Origin: Phyllobates terribilis
Taxonomy: Eukaryota
Direction: 5' to 3'
NCBI RefSeq assembly: GCF_046119375.1
Contig: NW_027362767.1
Coordinates: forward strand, 260,896,001-260,960,000
Length of the DNA: 64,000 bases
Positions within the stretch are counted from its first letter, which is position 1. Each line of letters begins with the position of its first letter. The notes beneath the pieces were generated by a model that worked only from the letters and a program-made list of their open reading frames with translations, was not told the DNA's origin and did not search any database. A program made the position numbers and the translations under genes. This document shows positions 35,258 to 48,222 of the stretch, in pieces.

Positions 35258-36298
35258 CTGATATCACCTACTTACTAACCAGAATCCCACAATGTCTGTC
35301 CGCTATTTCAACCTTTTTCTCTGCTAGATTTCTAAAACTTAACATGGACAAAACAGAATTCATCACCTTTCCCCCATCTCACTCAACCCCCCCATCTGAC
35401 CTATCCATCAAAGTCAATGGCTGTCCACTCTCCCCAGTCATGCAAGCTCGCTGCCTTGGGGTAACCCTGGACTCTGATCTCTTCTTCAAACCACATATCC
35501 AAACCCTTTCCACTTCCTCCCGACTCCAACTCAAAAATATCTCCCGGATCCGCACATTCCTCAACCAAGAATCTGCAAAAACACTAGTGCATGCCCTCAT
35601 CATCTCCCGCCTCGACTACTGCAATCTCCTACTCTGTGGCCTCCATTCTAACACTCTCGCACTCTTCCAATCTATTCCAATCTATTCTAAACTCTGCTGC
35701 CCGACTAATCCACCTGTCCCCCCTCTATTCCCCGGCCTCTCCTCTCTGTCAATCCCTTCACTGGCTCCCTAGACTCAAGTTCAAAACCCTAACCACGGCA
35801 TACAAAGCCATCCACAACCTGTCTCCTCCATACATCTGTGACCTAGTCTCCCAATACTTACCTGCACGCAATATCTGACCCGCTCAAGACCTCCTTCTCT
35901 ACTCCCCTCTTCTCTCCTCTTGCCACAATCGCATACAAGATTTCTCCCATGCATTCCCCCTACTCTGGAACTCTCTACCCCAACACATCCGACTCTCGCC
36001 TACTGTGGAAACCTTCAAAAGAAACCTGAAGACCCACCTCTTCCGACGAGCCTATAACCTGCAGTAACCATTGCTCCACCATACCGCTGCACGACTAGCT
36101 CTACCCTCACCTACTGTATCCTCACCAATGCCTTGTAGACTGTGAGCCCTCGCGGGCAGCGTCCTCTCTCCTTCTGTACCAGTCGCTGACTTGTATTGTT
36201 CAAGATTATTGTAATTGTTTTTGCTATGTATACTCCCTTTTTCACATGTAAAGCTCCATGGAATAAATGGCGCCATAATAATACATAATAATAATAAT
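35258..36298 (+). mobile_element. 5'-truncated L2 LINE (RT C-terminus, 3' UTR, (TAA)n tail)
   Basis: FLKLNMDKTE, ARCLGVTLDSDL, AKTLVHALIISRLDYCNLLL. Ends ATAATAATAAT. Confidence 0.9.
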
Positions 36299-36309
36299 TG
36301 GACAGCGAT

Positions 36310-38465
36310 TCACAGTACAGAGGATGCCCAGGTTATACCGGCTGTAGATATATAATTATATACAGAAGATACCCAGGTTATACTGCCTGTACATATACAA
36401 TTACAGTATATACAGGAGATACCCAGGTTATACCGGCTGTAGTTATATAATTATATACAAAAGATACCCCGGTTATACTGACTGTACAAAAACATATATA
36501 TATACAAGAGATACCCAGGTTATACCGGCTGTAGATATATAATTATATACAGAAGATACCCAGGTTATACCGGCTGTAGATATGTAATTATATACAGAAG
36601 ATACCCAGGTTATACCGGCTGTACATATATAATTATATACAGGAGATACCCAGGGTATACAAGCTCTACATATATAATTATATACAGGAGATGCCCATGT
36701 TATACTGGCTGTACATATGTAATTATATAAAGGAGATACTCAGGTTATACCAGCTGAACATATAATTATGTTACTCAGGTTATACCAGCTACACATACAG
36801 TACAGACCAAAAGTTTGGACACACCTTCTCATTTAAAGATTTTTCTGTATTTTCATGACTATGGAAATTGTACATTCACACTGAAGGCATCAAAACTATG
36901 AATTAACACATGTGGAATTATATACTTAACAAAAAAGTGTGAAACAACTGAAAATATGTCTTATATTCTAGGTTCTTCAAAGCAGCCACCTTTTGCTTTG
37001 ATGACTGCTTTGCACACTCTTGGCATTCTCTTGATGAGCTTCAAGAGGTAGTCACCGGAAATGGTCTTCCAACAATCTTGAAGGAGTTCCCAGAGATGTT
37101 TAGCAATTGTTGGCCCTTTTGCCTTCACTCTGCGGTCCAGCTCACCCCAAACCAGCTCGATTGGGTTCAGGTCTGGTGACTTTGGAGGCCAGATCATCTG
37201 GCGTAGCCCCCATCACTCTCCTTCTTGGTCAAATAGCCCTTACACAGCCTGGAGGTGTGTTTGGGGTCATTGTCCTGATGAAAAATAAATGATGGTCCAA
37301 CTAAACGCAAATCGGATGGAATAGCATGCCGCTGCAAGATGCTGTGGTAGCCATGCTGGTTCAGTATGCCTTCAATTTTGAATAAATCCCCAACAGTGTC
37401 ACCAGCAAAGCACCCCCACACCATCACACCTCCTCCTTCATGCTTCACCGTAGGAACCAGGCATGTAGAGTCCATCCGTTCACCTTTTCTGCGTCGCACA
37501 AAGACACGGTGGTTGGAACCAAAGATCTCAAATTTGGACTCATCAAACCAAAGCACAGATTTCCACTGGTCTAATGTCCATTCCTTGTGTTCTTTAGCCC
37601 AAACAAGTCTCTTCTGCTTGTTGCCTGTCCTTAGCAGTGGTTTCCTAGCAGCTATTTTACCATGAAGGCCTGCTGCACAAAGTCTCCTCTTAACAGTTGT
37701 TGTAGAGATGTGTCTGCTGCTAGAACTCTGTGTGGCAATGACCTGGTCTCTAATCTGAGCTGCTGTTTTTAACCTGCGATTTCTGAGGCTGGTGACTCAG
37801 ATAAACTTATCCTCAGAGGCAGAGGTGACTCTTGGTCTTCCTTTCCTGGGGCGGTCCTCATGTGAGCCAGTTTCTTTGTAGCGTTTGATGGTTTTTGCAA
37901 CTGCACTTGGGGACACTTTCAATGTTTGCCCAATTTTTCAGACTGACTGACCTTCATTTCTTAAAGTAATGATGGCCACTTGTTTTTCTTTACTTAGCTG
38001 CTTTTTCTTGCCATAATACAAATTCTAACAGTCTATTCAGTAGGACTATCAGCTGTGTATCCACCTGACTTCTGCACAACACAACTGATAGTCCCAACCA
38101 CATTTATAAGGCAAGAAATCCCACTTATTAAACCTGACAGGGCACACCTGTGAAGTGAAAACCATTTCCGGTGACTATCTCTTGAAGCTCATCAAGAGAA
38201 TGCCAAGAGTGTGCAAAGCAGTCATCAAAGCAAAAGGTGGCTACTTTGAAGAACCTAGAATATAAGACATATTTTCAGTTGTTTCACACTTTTTTGTTAA
38301 TGTGCTAATTCATAGTTTTGATGCCTTCAGTGTGAATGTACAATTTTCATAGTCATGAAAATACAGAAAAATCTTTAAATGAGAAGGTGTGTCCAAACTT
38401 TTGGTCTGTACTGTATATAATATGCACAGGAGATGCCCAGGTTATACCGGCTGTACATGTATAAT
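36310..38465. repeat. About 45-bp minisatellite (GAGATACCCAGGTTATACCGGCTGTACATATATAATTATATACAG), split by the Tc1 at 36798-38413
   Basis: Array at 36310-36797, with one more unit at about 38414-38465. Confidence 0.85.
36798..38413 (-). mobile_element. Second DD38E Tc1 copy, frameshifted
   Basis: Same TIRs and TA TSDs as the copy at 26801. ORF pieces 37194-37556 and 36961-37197 match the 27215 protein. Confidence 0.95.
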
Positions 38466-38712
38466 TTGTAGGGGTTTCTGCTCTCTGGTAGACCTTGGAT
38501 ACACACAGGCACAGGCTGTTTATATAAAAAGAGAAAAAAGTTTACTGTCCTTTATAAACTTTACAGCTCCAAACTGAAAACAGACTTTCTTCAGCACAAA
38601 TGAAGAACAAAACAGTCCTCTCTCTGGGTACGGCAAAGTAAATCAAAACAGTTCCACCAACTTGGTTTTACAGACACTATTACAGTCTCTAGCATAGACT
38701 GTCCAACATTAA

Positions 38713-39587
38713 GGCTGCGTGCCCACGATGCGTTTTTTAAGCATTTCCGCAGCAGCAAAAACGCTGCAGAAACGCTTAAAAAACGCATGGTAGAAGGTCT
38801 GCCATGTTGCCCAATGATAATCCGCATGTGCTGTGCACATGCTGCGGAAATTTCCGCTGCGGATTATCATTGTGGAAAAAAACTCAGCACTACCAATTAT
38901 TTTGCGGAATCGCTGCGTTTTCGCCGCCATTGACTTGCATTAGAACGCATGGATTCTGCTTCACTAGATAAGGACATGCAGAATACATGCGTTCAATGTG
39001 CGGATGGTACCTAGGTCTAGAGGACAGGAGTCTCTCCTCCGGACCCAGGTACCATAGTACCCGTCAAAAAAAGAATAAAATAAAAATAAATGTTATATTT
39101 ACCTTCTGATGGCCCCCGCTGCGCTCGTCCTCTCATGCCGGCAGATCGTGATGGACTGGAGGACCTGCGCTGACGTCATAGTCATGTGACGGGTCACACG
39201 ACCGCTGACGTCGGCAGGTCCTTCAGTGTACCGCGATCTGCAGGCAGCCAGGACGGAGCGAAGCAAGACTGCGGGGGCCATCGGAAGGTAAGTATAGATT
39301 TATTTTTTATTTTTAAACATTCTTTCGGTCACAGTATATAAATCCATGCCGTTTGCATGGATTTATATAGTGTGACCAAGTTGTCAAGCATTTTCTAAGT
39401 GATGCTAAAATCGCTTGTCAATCCGCATGCGGAAATGCAAGTGAAGAACGCTTCACATCCGCATGTCCCTGGCAGGAAAAACACATATACAATCCGCATG
39501 TACAATCCGCATGCATTTTTTCTGCCAGGGAGATGCAGAAACACTCAGGAAATAATCCGGAGCATTTCTGCATCGTGGGCACATAGC
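38713..39587. mobile_element. MITE family H, copy 1 (TIR GGCT(G/A)(C/T)GTGCCCACGATGC)
   Basis: TIRs at both ends with TTAA flanks. Related copies at 39768, about 50680-51699 and 59552. Confidence 0.85.
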
Positions 39588-39653
39588 TTAAGGGTCTTTC
39601 TACAACTCCAATACAACACACTCTAACCCAGCTGCCTGCTACTATGCCTGAAA

Positions 39654-40779
39654 GGCCACGGCCCCACTATCAGTATTTGGTCAGTATTCGGTCAGTATAT
39701 TTCTCAAGAGTGGGAGCCAAAACCATGAGTGGGTGATAAATGCAGAATTGGTGACTTGTTTCTGTAAGGCTATGTGCTCACGATGCAGAAATGCTTCATA
39801 TTGTTTCCGCTTCTCCCTGGCAAGAAAAACGCATGCGGATTTTACATGCGTTTTTCCTGCCAGGTAGAAGCGCTGTCAAGCGTTTTTGCATGCGGGTTGT
39901 CAAGTGCTTTTCCAAGCGATTTTAGCATCACTTAGAAAGTGCTTGACAACTTGGTCACACTATATAAATCCATGCAGCCGGCATGGATTTTTATATTGTG
40001 ACCAAGTAATAGTTAAAAAAAAAGAATAAGAATGGTGAAAAATAAAGATTATACTCACCTTCCGATGGCTCCCGGTCTCCTTCTCCGCTCCGTTCGGTCT
40101 CCCACGATGGTGTGAAGGACCTGCGATGACGTCATTGAGTCATGTGACAGGTCACGCGATCGCTGACGTCGGCGGTCGCGTGACCTGTCACATGACTTAA
40201 TGACGTCATGTCAGGTCCTCACACCAAAGCGAGCCGCCCAACTCACCGCACGCATCGCTATGGAGACCGGGGGACATTGGAAGATAAGTATAATCTTTAT
40301 TTTTTACTTTAAATTCTTTTTTTTTACAGTTTCTATGGTACCCGGGTCTGGATGAGAGTCTCCTCTTCTCCAGACCCAGGTACCATCCGCACATTGAATC
40401 GCTTCATATCCGTATGTGTACGTGTAGTGATGCGGATATGAAGCGATTCAATGCAAGTCAATGGCGGCAATTACGCTGCGTGTTCGCAAAATTAATGGAC
40501 ATGCTGCGTATTTTTCCGCAATGATAATCCGCAGCGGAAATTTCCGCAGCATGTGCACAGCACATGTGGATTATCATTGGGGACCATGGGGCATGTATTA
40601 CCAAGCGTTTTTTAAGCGTTTTCGCTGCGGAATTTCCGCAGCAAAAACGCTTGAAAAACGCATAGTGGGCACACAGCCTTATACCTTTTCTCTGATTGTT
40701 CCTCACCTGGTTTTGGCTCCCACTCCTGAGAAAAATACTGACTGAATACTGACCAAATACTGATAGTGGGGCTGTGGCC
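39654..40779. mobile_element. GGCCACGG-family MITE containing a nested family-H MITE
   Basis: Arms match 34702-34915, which serves as the empty-site reference. Confidence 0.75.
39768..40678. mobile_element. MITE family H, copy 2
   Basis: TAA|GGCTATGTGCTCACGATGC ... GTGGGCACACAGCC|TTA. Confidence 0.85.
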
Positions 40780-41060
40780 TAAGACCCTGACTGGAGTATG
40801 GGAGCAACCTTTCCCACTCAGGGTCTTTTGGTTGTTCCTAAATCCCGGACCTAAAATCCAGTCATGTAAAAACCCTCTCAGTAATCTAGTGCTCCTGGTA
40901 CAGACTTTTCATTACCGAGGCGAGTCGCTTCAGTGACACATACCTGCCATCCAGGACCTTGTATGCTGTTTTCATATAAATTATATAAAGAAAATGCCCA
41001 GGTAATAGCAGCACGGTACATGAAGCTATATAACACATTTATCCTGTTTTCTCTCTTTAG

Positions 41061-41162
41061 TTCCTGTCGTACTTGATGATTTACCTGCTTAGTGTGGTGG
41101 GCTCCATATTTTGTGGACATTTGGGGAAGTTGGAGCTGGACGCAGTGTCACTGGCAATTGCG
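41061..41162 (+). CDS. SLC47A: SLC47A/MATE exon 2-equivalent: [34 protein letters not shown]
   Basis: tttag/gtaag, 102 nt. [13 protein letters not shown] matches human MATE1 as recalled. Confidence 0.95.
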
Positions 41163-41324
41163 GTAAGTTGATAACTATTGCAATCTAATATAAATGTGTG
41201 CAATCTATGGGGTCCGGCACTTAGAGCCCCCACCAGTCTTCTGCATAAGGGGAGTCCTGTCCTTTAAAGACAGATACATATGGATCCTATGTATATTCTT
41301 CTACATCTGCATCTCTCTTTACAG

Positions 41325-41393
41325 ATGGTAAATATTACGGGAGTCGCAGTGGGGTCAGGCTTGGCCGGTGCATGCGATACACTAATGTCGCAG
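41325..41393 (+). CDS. SLC47A: SLC47A exon 3: MVNITGVAVGSGLAGACDTLMSQ
   Basis: tacag/gtcag, 69 nt, in frame. Confidence 0.95.
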
Positions 41394-41621
41394 GTCAGTA
41401 AATTTATCCTTGTAATTGTGCATTTAATACAGTTCTGGAAAATCTGTTAGATCCTACTGGAAAGAGTCAGCAAGATGGTTGTCAGGCATGCCCTTAGAGG
41501 CATAGCTGAGCTTCTATAATGCAGGGGGCAGTTATTCTTTTGCTGCCCGGTGACAGCTAACATTTCCCAGAATGCAAATTAGCTCCGTGCAGACACAAAA
41601 CATGCAGGGAGAGTTCACTAA

Positions 41622-41976
41622 GAGTATGTGCACACGATCCTTTTTTGGCAGCGCTTTGAACGCAGCATACTTGTGCTGTGTCCAAAGCGCTGCACGCAGG
41701 TGAATCCGCATGTATTCATTGAACACATGCGGGTTCACCGCAGCCTATACATTACACTCATAGAATTTCTCTTGCGGAGACAAGAAATTAACATGCTGCG
41801 GTCTGTGACACGCCGCATGTCCGTCGGTGAGTCACAGGAGCACGGGAACGCACAGTGGGCATGGGATTTCTTGAAATCCCATCCACTATGCTGTAACATC
41901 TGGCCGCTGCGGATTGCTCGCAGAGCAAGGGCACTGCGTCCAATCCTCAGCGTTTACCTACTGTGTGCATGCACCC
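41622..41976. mobile_element. PIF/Harbinger-type MITE in intron 3
   Basis: TIR GAGTATGTGCACAC versus reverse complement GGGTGCATGCACAC. Direct TAA TSD at 41619-41621 and 41977-41979. Confidence 0.75.
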
Positions 41977-41997
41977 TAAAACAGATTTCTCTTTCAG

Positions 41998-42146
41998 AAT
42001 TATGGTAGCAAGAACCTGAAGATGGTTGGTACCATCCTGCAGAGAGGGATCCTCATCCTACTCCTGTCCTGTTTCCCCTGCTGGGCCCTATTTGTGAATA
42101 CAGAACCAATACTCCTCCTATGCCGGCAGGACCCAGAAGTGTCGAG
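41998..42146 (+). CDS. SLC47A: SLC47A exon 4: NYGSKNLKMVGTILQRGILILLLSCFPCWALFVNTEPILLLCRQDPEVS(R)
   Basis: ttcag/gtgat, 149 nt. Confidence 0.95.
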
Positions 42147-42371
42147 GTGATACATATGTCTGGTGCAGGGCCTGAGGGGGCGATCTGGGTGACTCGAAAC
42201 AAGTTCACCATAGTCCATCACAAGGCTCACTATCTGGGTCACAAAAGGTCTCAGCATTGCATCACACTCAGGGAGGACACTGCAGAATGGAGACCACGGC
42301 CCACAGCCCCGGGGGCATCTGTGTAATGAGACCCGAATGCTATCACTTATATCACGTCTTTTTCCTTATAG

Positions 42372-42414
42372 ATTAACTCAGACTTACGTCTTCATATTCA
42401 TTCCAGCCCTTCCG
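42372..42414 (+). CDS. SLC47A: SLC47A exon 5: LTQTYVFIFIPALP
   Basis: tatag/gtaag, 43 nt. Confidence 0.95.
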
Positions 42415-42511
42415 GTAAGAAAATCAGCGTCTCATACCACCTGCTGAACGTAGACAAGTATGGTGGTCCCAAGAGGGAAGGGGTGCTGAGGACATACCAG
42501 AATCATGACAT

Positions 42512-45500
42512 GGGGGGAACAGGATAATGACACTGACACTCAGGGAACAGGATAATGACACTGACACTCAGGGAACAGGATAATGACACTGACACTCAGG
42601 GAACAGGATAATGACACTGACACTCGGGGTACAGGATAATGGCACTGATACTCAGGGTCAGAATAATGGCACTGACACTCGGGGTACAGGATAATGACAC
42701 TGACACTCGGGGTACAGGATAATGACACTGACACTCGGGGTACAGGATAATGGCACTGACACTCGGGGTACAGGATAATGACACTGATACTTGGGGTACA
42801 GGATAATGGCACTGACACTCGGGGTACAGGATAATGACACTGATACTTGGGGTACAGGATAATGGCACTGACAGTCGGGGTACAGGATAATGACACTGAT
42901 ACTCGGGGTACAGGATAATGGCACTGACACTCAAGGTACAAGATAATGACGCTGACACTCGGGGTACAAGATAAGGACACTGATACTTGGGGTGCAGGAT
43001 AATTACACTGACACTCGCGGTACAGGATAAGGACAATGACACTCGGGGTACAGGATTATGACGCTGACACTTGGGGTACAGGATAAGGACACTGCCACTC
43101 GGTGTACAGGATAAGGACACTTGGGATACAGGATAAGGACACTGACACTCTGGGTACAGGATAAGGACACTCGGGGTACAGGATAAGGACACTGACACTC
43201 GGGTACAGGATAAGGACACTCAGGGTACAGGATAAGGACACTGTCACTCAGGGAACAGGATAATGACACTGTCACTCGGGTACAGGATAAGGACACTCGG
43301 GGTACAGGATAATGACACTGACACTCAGGGTACAGGATAATGACACTGACACTCAGGGAACAGGAAAATGACACTGACACTCGGGGTACAGGATAATCAC
43401 ACTGATACTCGGGGTCAGAATAATGGCACTGACACTCGGGGTACAGGATAATGACACTGATACTTGGGGTACAGGATAATGGCACTGACACTCGGGGTAC
43501 AGGATAATGACACTGATACTTGGGGTACAGGATAATGGCACTGACAGTCGGGGTACAGGATAATGACACTGATACTTGGGGTACAGGATAATGGCACTGA
43601 CAGTCGGGGTACAGGATAATGACACTGATACTTGGAGTACAGTACAAGAGCACTGACACTCGGGATACAAGATAATGACGCTGACACTTGGGGTACAGGA
43701 TAAGGACACTGCCACTCGGTGTACAGGATAAGGACACTTGGGGTACAGGATAAGGACACTGCCACTCGGGGTACAGGATAAGGACACTCAGGTTACAGGA
43801 TAAGGACACTGACACTCGGGTACAGGATAAGGACACTTGGGATACAGGATAAGGACACTGACACTCTGGGTATAGGATAAGGACACTCGGGGTACAGGAT
43901 AAGGACACTGACACTCGGGTACAGGATAAGGACACTCAGGGTACAGGATAAGGACACTGACACGCGGGGTACAGGATAATGACACTGACACTCGGGGTAC
44001 AGGATAATCACACTGATACTCGGGGTCAGAATAATGGCACTGACACTCGGGGTACAGGATAATGACACTGATACTTGGGGTACAGGATAATGGCACTGAC
44101 AGTCGGGGTACAGGATAATGACACTGATACTCGGGGTACAGGATAATGGCACTGACACTCAAGGTACAAGATAATGACGCTGACACTCGGGGTACAAGAT
44201 AAGGACACTGATACTTGGGGTGCAGGATAATTACACTGACACTCGCGGTACAGGATAAGGACAATGACACTCGGGGTACAGGATTATGACGCTGACACTT
44301 GGGGTACAGGATAAGGACACTGCCACTCGGTGTACAGGATAAGGACACTTGGGATACAGGATAAGGACACTGACACTCTGGGTACAGGATAAGGACACTC
44401 GGGGTACAGGATAAGGACACTGACACTCGGGTACAGGATAAGGACACTCAGGGTACAGGATAATGACACTGACACTCAGGGAACAGGATAATGACACTGA
44501 CACTCGGGGTACAGGATAATCACACTGATACTCGGGGTCAGAATAATGGCACTGACACTCGGGGTACAGGATAATGACACTGATACTTGGGGTACAGGAT
44601 AATGGCACTGACACTCGGGGTACAGGATAATGACACTGATACTTGGGGTACAGGATAATGGCACTGACAGTCGGGGTACAGGATAATGACACTGATACTT
44701 GGAGTACAGGATAAGAGCACTGACACTCGGGATACAAGATAATGACGCTGACACTTGGGGTACAGGATAAGGACACTGGCACTCGGTGTACAGGATAAGG
44801 ACACTTGGGGTACAGGATAAGGACACTGCCACTCGGGGTACAGGATAAGGACACTCAGGGTACAGGATAAGGACACTGACACTTGGGTACAGGATAAGGA
44901 CACTCAGGGTACAGGATAAGGACACTGACACTCGGGTACAGGATAAGGACATTCGGGGTACAGGATAAGGACACTGTCACTCGGGTACAGGATAAGGACA
45001 CTGACACTCGGGTACAGGATAAGGACACTCGGGGTACAGGATAAGGACACTGTCACTCGGGTACGGGATAAGGACACTCGGGGTACAGGATAAGGACACT
45101 GTCACTTGGGTACAGGATAAGGACACTCGGGGTACAGGATAAGGACACTGTCACTTGGGTACAGGATAAGGACACTTGGGGTACAGGATAAGGACACTGT
45201 CACTTGGGTACAGGATAAGGACACTCGGGGTACAGGATAAGGACACTGTCACTTGGGTACAGGATAAGGACACTTGGGGTACAGGATGAGGACACTGTCA
45301 CTCGGGGTACAGGATAAGGACACTGTCACTCGGGTACAGGATAAGGACACTCGGGGTACAGGATAAGGACACTGACACTCGGGTACAGGATAAGGACACT
45401 GACACTCGGGGTACAGGATAAGGACACTCAGGGTACAGGATAAGGACACTGACACTCGGGTACAGGATAAGGACACTCGGGGTACAGAATAAGGACACTG

Positions 45501-45637
45501 TCACTCGGAGTACAGGATAAGGACACTTGGGGTACAGGACAAAGACAATGACACTCGGGGTACAGGATAAGGACACTTGGGGTACAGGACAAGGACAATG
45601 ACACTCGGGGTACAAGATAAGGACACTTGGGGTACAG
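42512..45637. repeat. 3.1-kb minisatellite in intron 5 (28-bp GGGGTACAGGATAATGACACTGACACTC and about 20-bp variants) with higher-order duplication
   Basis: Visible array. Matching ORF blocks recur at an offset of 1228 bp. Confidence 0.95.
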
Positions 45638-45735
45638 TTTTGTCTATGTCACTACATCTCTTATGTTCTTACTTTGGTCTGCTCCTGATTTCCCATTTCT
45701 ATGTGACACATAATGGCTTCTCTATTTTCTCTCAG

Positions 45736-45780
45736 GCCTCGTTTATATACCAGCTTCAGGCTAAATACTTACAGAACCAG
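45736..45780 (+). CDS. SLC47A: SLC47A exon 6: ASFIYQLQAKYLQNQ
   Basis: ctcag/gtact, 45 nt. Confidence 0.95.
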
Positions 45781-45872
45781 GTACTGTGAACGCTGCGGTC
45801 CTGCGGTACCAGACACGGGACGTCCTCTCATGGTGCAGATCAGGGGAGGTTTCTCATTACTCTCTGCAGTTT

Positions 45873-45957
45873 CCCATAGCAACCAATCAGAACTCTTATT
45901 TTATTTTCAAAATGACCTGTGAAAAATAAGAGCTGCAGTCTGATTGGTTGTTATGGG
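45873..45957. mobile_element. Small palindromic MITE-like element (CCCATAGCAACCAATCAG...CTGATTGGTTGTTATGGG)
   Basis: Near-perfect 18-bp inverted arms. Recalled as a common anuran repeat. Confidence 0.6.
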
Positions 45958-46024
45958 CACCTGCTGCCCTTTCGCACTAGTGTCGTTGAATATTCCGGGG
46001 GGTTTGCTCTTTTATCTTGACCTA

Positions 46025-48088
46025 TATACTCAGTCTCCTACTGACTGTATATTGTATACTCAGTCCTAACATTAGCGCCACCAATAGATGGTATACTTAG
46101 ACCGGACATTGGTGCCCCTTTACGGACCATATACGCTGCCCTGATGTTAGCGCCTCCTAATGGCTGTATTCTCAGTCCTGACGTTAGTGCACCTTTAGAC
46201 CCTATACCATGTACTCAGTTCTCACGTTGGCGCCCTTACCCAGTCCCAGTCCTGATGTTACCTCCCCCTACAGACCATATACTCAGTCCTGACATTAGCG
46301 CCCCCTACAGACTGTATACCATATACTCAGTCGTGACGTTGGCGCGCCCTTCAGACTGTACACCATATACTCAGTCGTGACGTTGGCGCCCCCTACAGAC
46401 TGTATACCATATACTCAGTCGTGAAGTTGACAGTCTTACAGACAGTATACCCAGTCCTGATATTAGCGCCCCTGCAGATAGTATACCATATACTTAGTCC
46501 AGACATTAATACCCCTACATACTATATACTCAGTCCAGACATTAGAGCCCCCTACAAACAATATACTCAGTCCTGATGTTAGAGCCTCTACAGACCGTAA
46601 GCCATATACTCATTCCTGACATTAGCACCGTCAGACCGTATAGTCAGTCCTTATGTTACCGCTAACTAATGACCGTAAACCCAGTCCTGACGTTAGCCAG
46701 GGTTGTGGAGTCGGAGTCGTGGAGTCAGAGTTGAAGCCCATTTTGGTGGAGTCTGTATAAAATGGACCGACTCCAACTTCTAAAATATATAATAAGTTGG
46801 GTACAGTAGTTCAATGCAGTCTGTGGGGAATATTTTTTCATAAGAACTTGGGAAAGTTATGAAATGTCCTATAAATGTCTGTCCTATTCCTGATCTAAGG
46901 GTCTAGACTTTTAGCTGAGATGAATCTGTGTACGGTAAATTTATCACTTACACATGAGCCGTGTATGAGGGAGTCGTAGTCGGAGTCGGTGTCATGGAAA
47001 TTGAGGAGTCGGAGGTTTGGCTTACCGACTACAGCCCTGACGTTAGCACCCCCTAGAGACCATATCCTCAGTCCACCGCTGCAGACTGTATATCATATGT
47101 TCAGCCTTGATGTTGGCGCCCTTATAGACTGTATACTCAGTCCTGATGTTAGTGCTTCCTAATAACTGTATACCCAGTCCTGACGTTAGCAACCCCTACT
47201 GACTGTATACCCAGCCCTGACATTAGTGCCCGGTACTGACCATATACCCAGTCATGATGTTAGAACCCCCTACTGACCGTATACTCAGTCTTGAAGTTAG
47301 CATCCCCTACTAACCATATACCTAGTCCTGTCGCTATCACCCCCTACTGACCATATACCCAGTCCTGACGTTAGTGCCGCTACCGACTGTATACCCAGCC
47401 CTGGCATTAATGCCCCTTCTGACCGTATACCCAATCCTGATGTTAGCACTTCCTACTGACCGTATACTCTGTCCTAACGTTAGCATCCCCTACTGACCAT
47501 ATACTCTGTCCTGACGTTAGCATCCCCTACTGACCGTATACTCAGTCCTGACGTTAGCACCCCCTACTGACTGTATACCGAGTCCTGATGTTAGCACCCC
47601 CTACTGACCGTATACCCAGTCCTGACGTTAGCGCCCCTACTGACCGTATACCCAGTCCTGATGTTAGCATTCCCTACTGACCGTATACTCTATCCTGATG
47701 ATAGCATCCCCTACTGACCGTATACTCTATCCTGATGATAGCATCCCCTACTGACCGTATACTCTATCCTGATGTTAGCATCCCCTACTCAGTGTATACT
47801 CAGTCATGACGTTAGCACCCCCTACTGACTGTATACCGAGTCCTGATGTTAGCACCCCCTACTGACCGTATACCCGGTCCTGACGTTAGCGCCCCTACTG
47901 ACCTTATACCCAGTCCTGACGTTAGTGCCCCTCTACTGACTGTATACCCAGTCCTGACGTTAGCACCCCCTACAAACCGTAAACTCAGTCCTGACGTTAG
48001 CACCCCCTACTGACCGTATACTCAGTCCTGACGTTAGTGCCCCCTACTGACTGTATACCCAGTCCTGACATTAGTGCCCCCTACTGAC
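46025..48088. repeat. About 36-37-bp minisatellite in intron 6 (CCCCTACTGACCGTATACTCAGTCCTGACGTTAGCA)
   Basis: Visible array, more homogeneous toward the right end. Confidence 0.92.
46698..47039. mobile_element. hAT MITE inserted in the intron-6 minisatellite
   Basis: CAGGGTTGTGGAGTCGG ... CCGACTACAGCCCTG, with a perfect 8-bp TSD ACGTTAGC. Confidence 0.9.
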
Positions 48089-48124
48089 AGACTACGTCCT
48101 TATCTTTATCTTGTCTTTCTACAG

Positions 48125-48222
48125 GGAATTATTTTTCCTCAAGTCTTAACTGGATTCATTGCGAACCTGTTCAATGCAATCATCAACTACATCTTCCTGT
48201 ACATCCTGGGTCTGGGGGTCAT
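48125..48222 (+). CDS. SLC47A: SLC47A exon 7: GIIFPQVLTGFIANLFNAIINYIFLYILGLGV(M)
   Basis: tacag/gtacg, 98 nt. Confidence 0.95.

Larger units (their letters stand above)
38467..40938. mobile_element. Possible solo LTR remnant hosting nested MITEs
   Basis: TGT...ACA ends and LTR-like composition, but no TSD found. Confidence 0.3.

Noticed and set aside
42540-45615. Long Cys/Pro/Val-rich minus-strand ORFs (up to 310 aa)
   Set aside because: They are minisatellite translations, antisense within an intron, with no splice or domain support.
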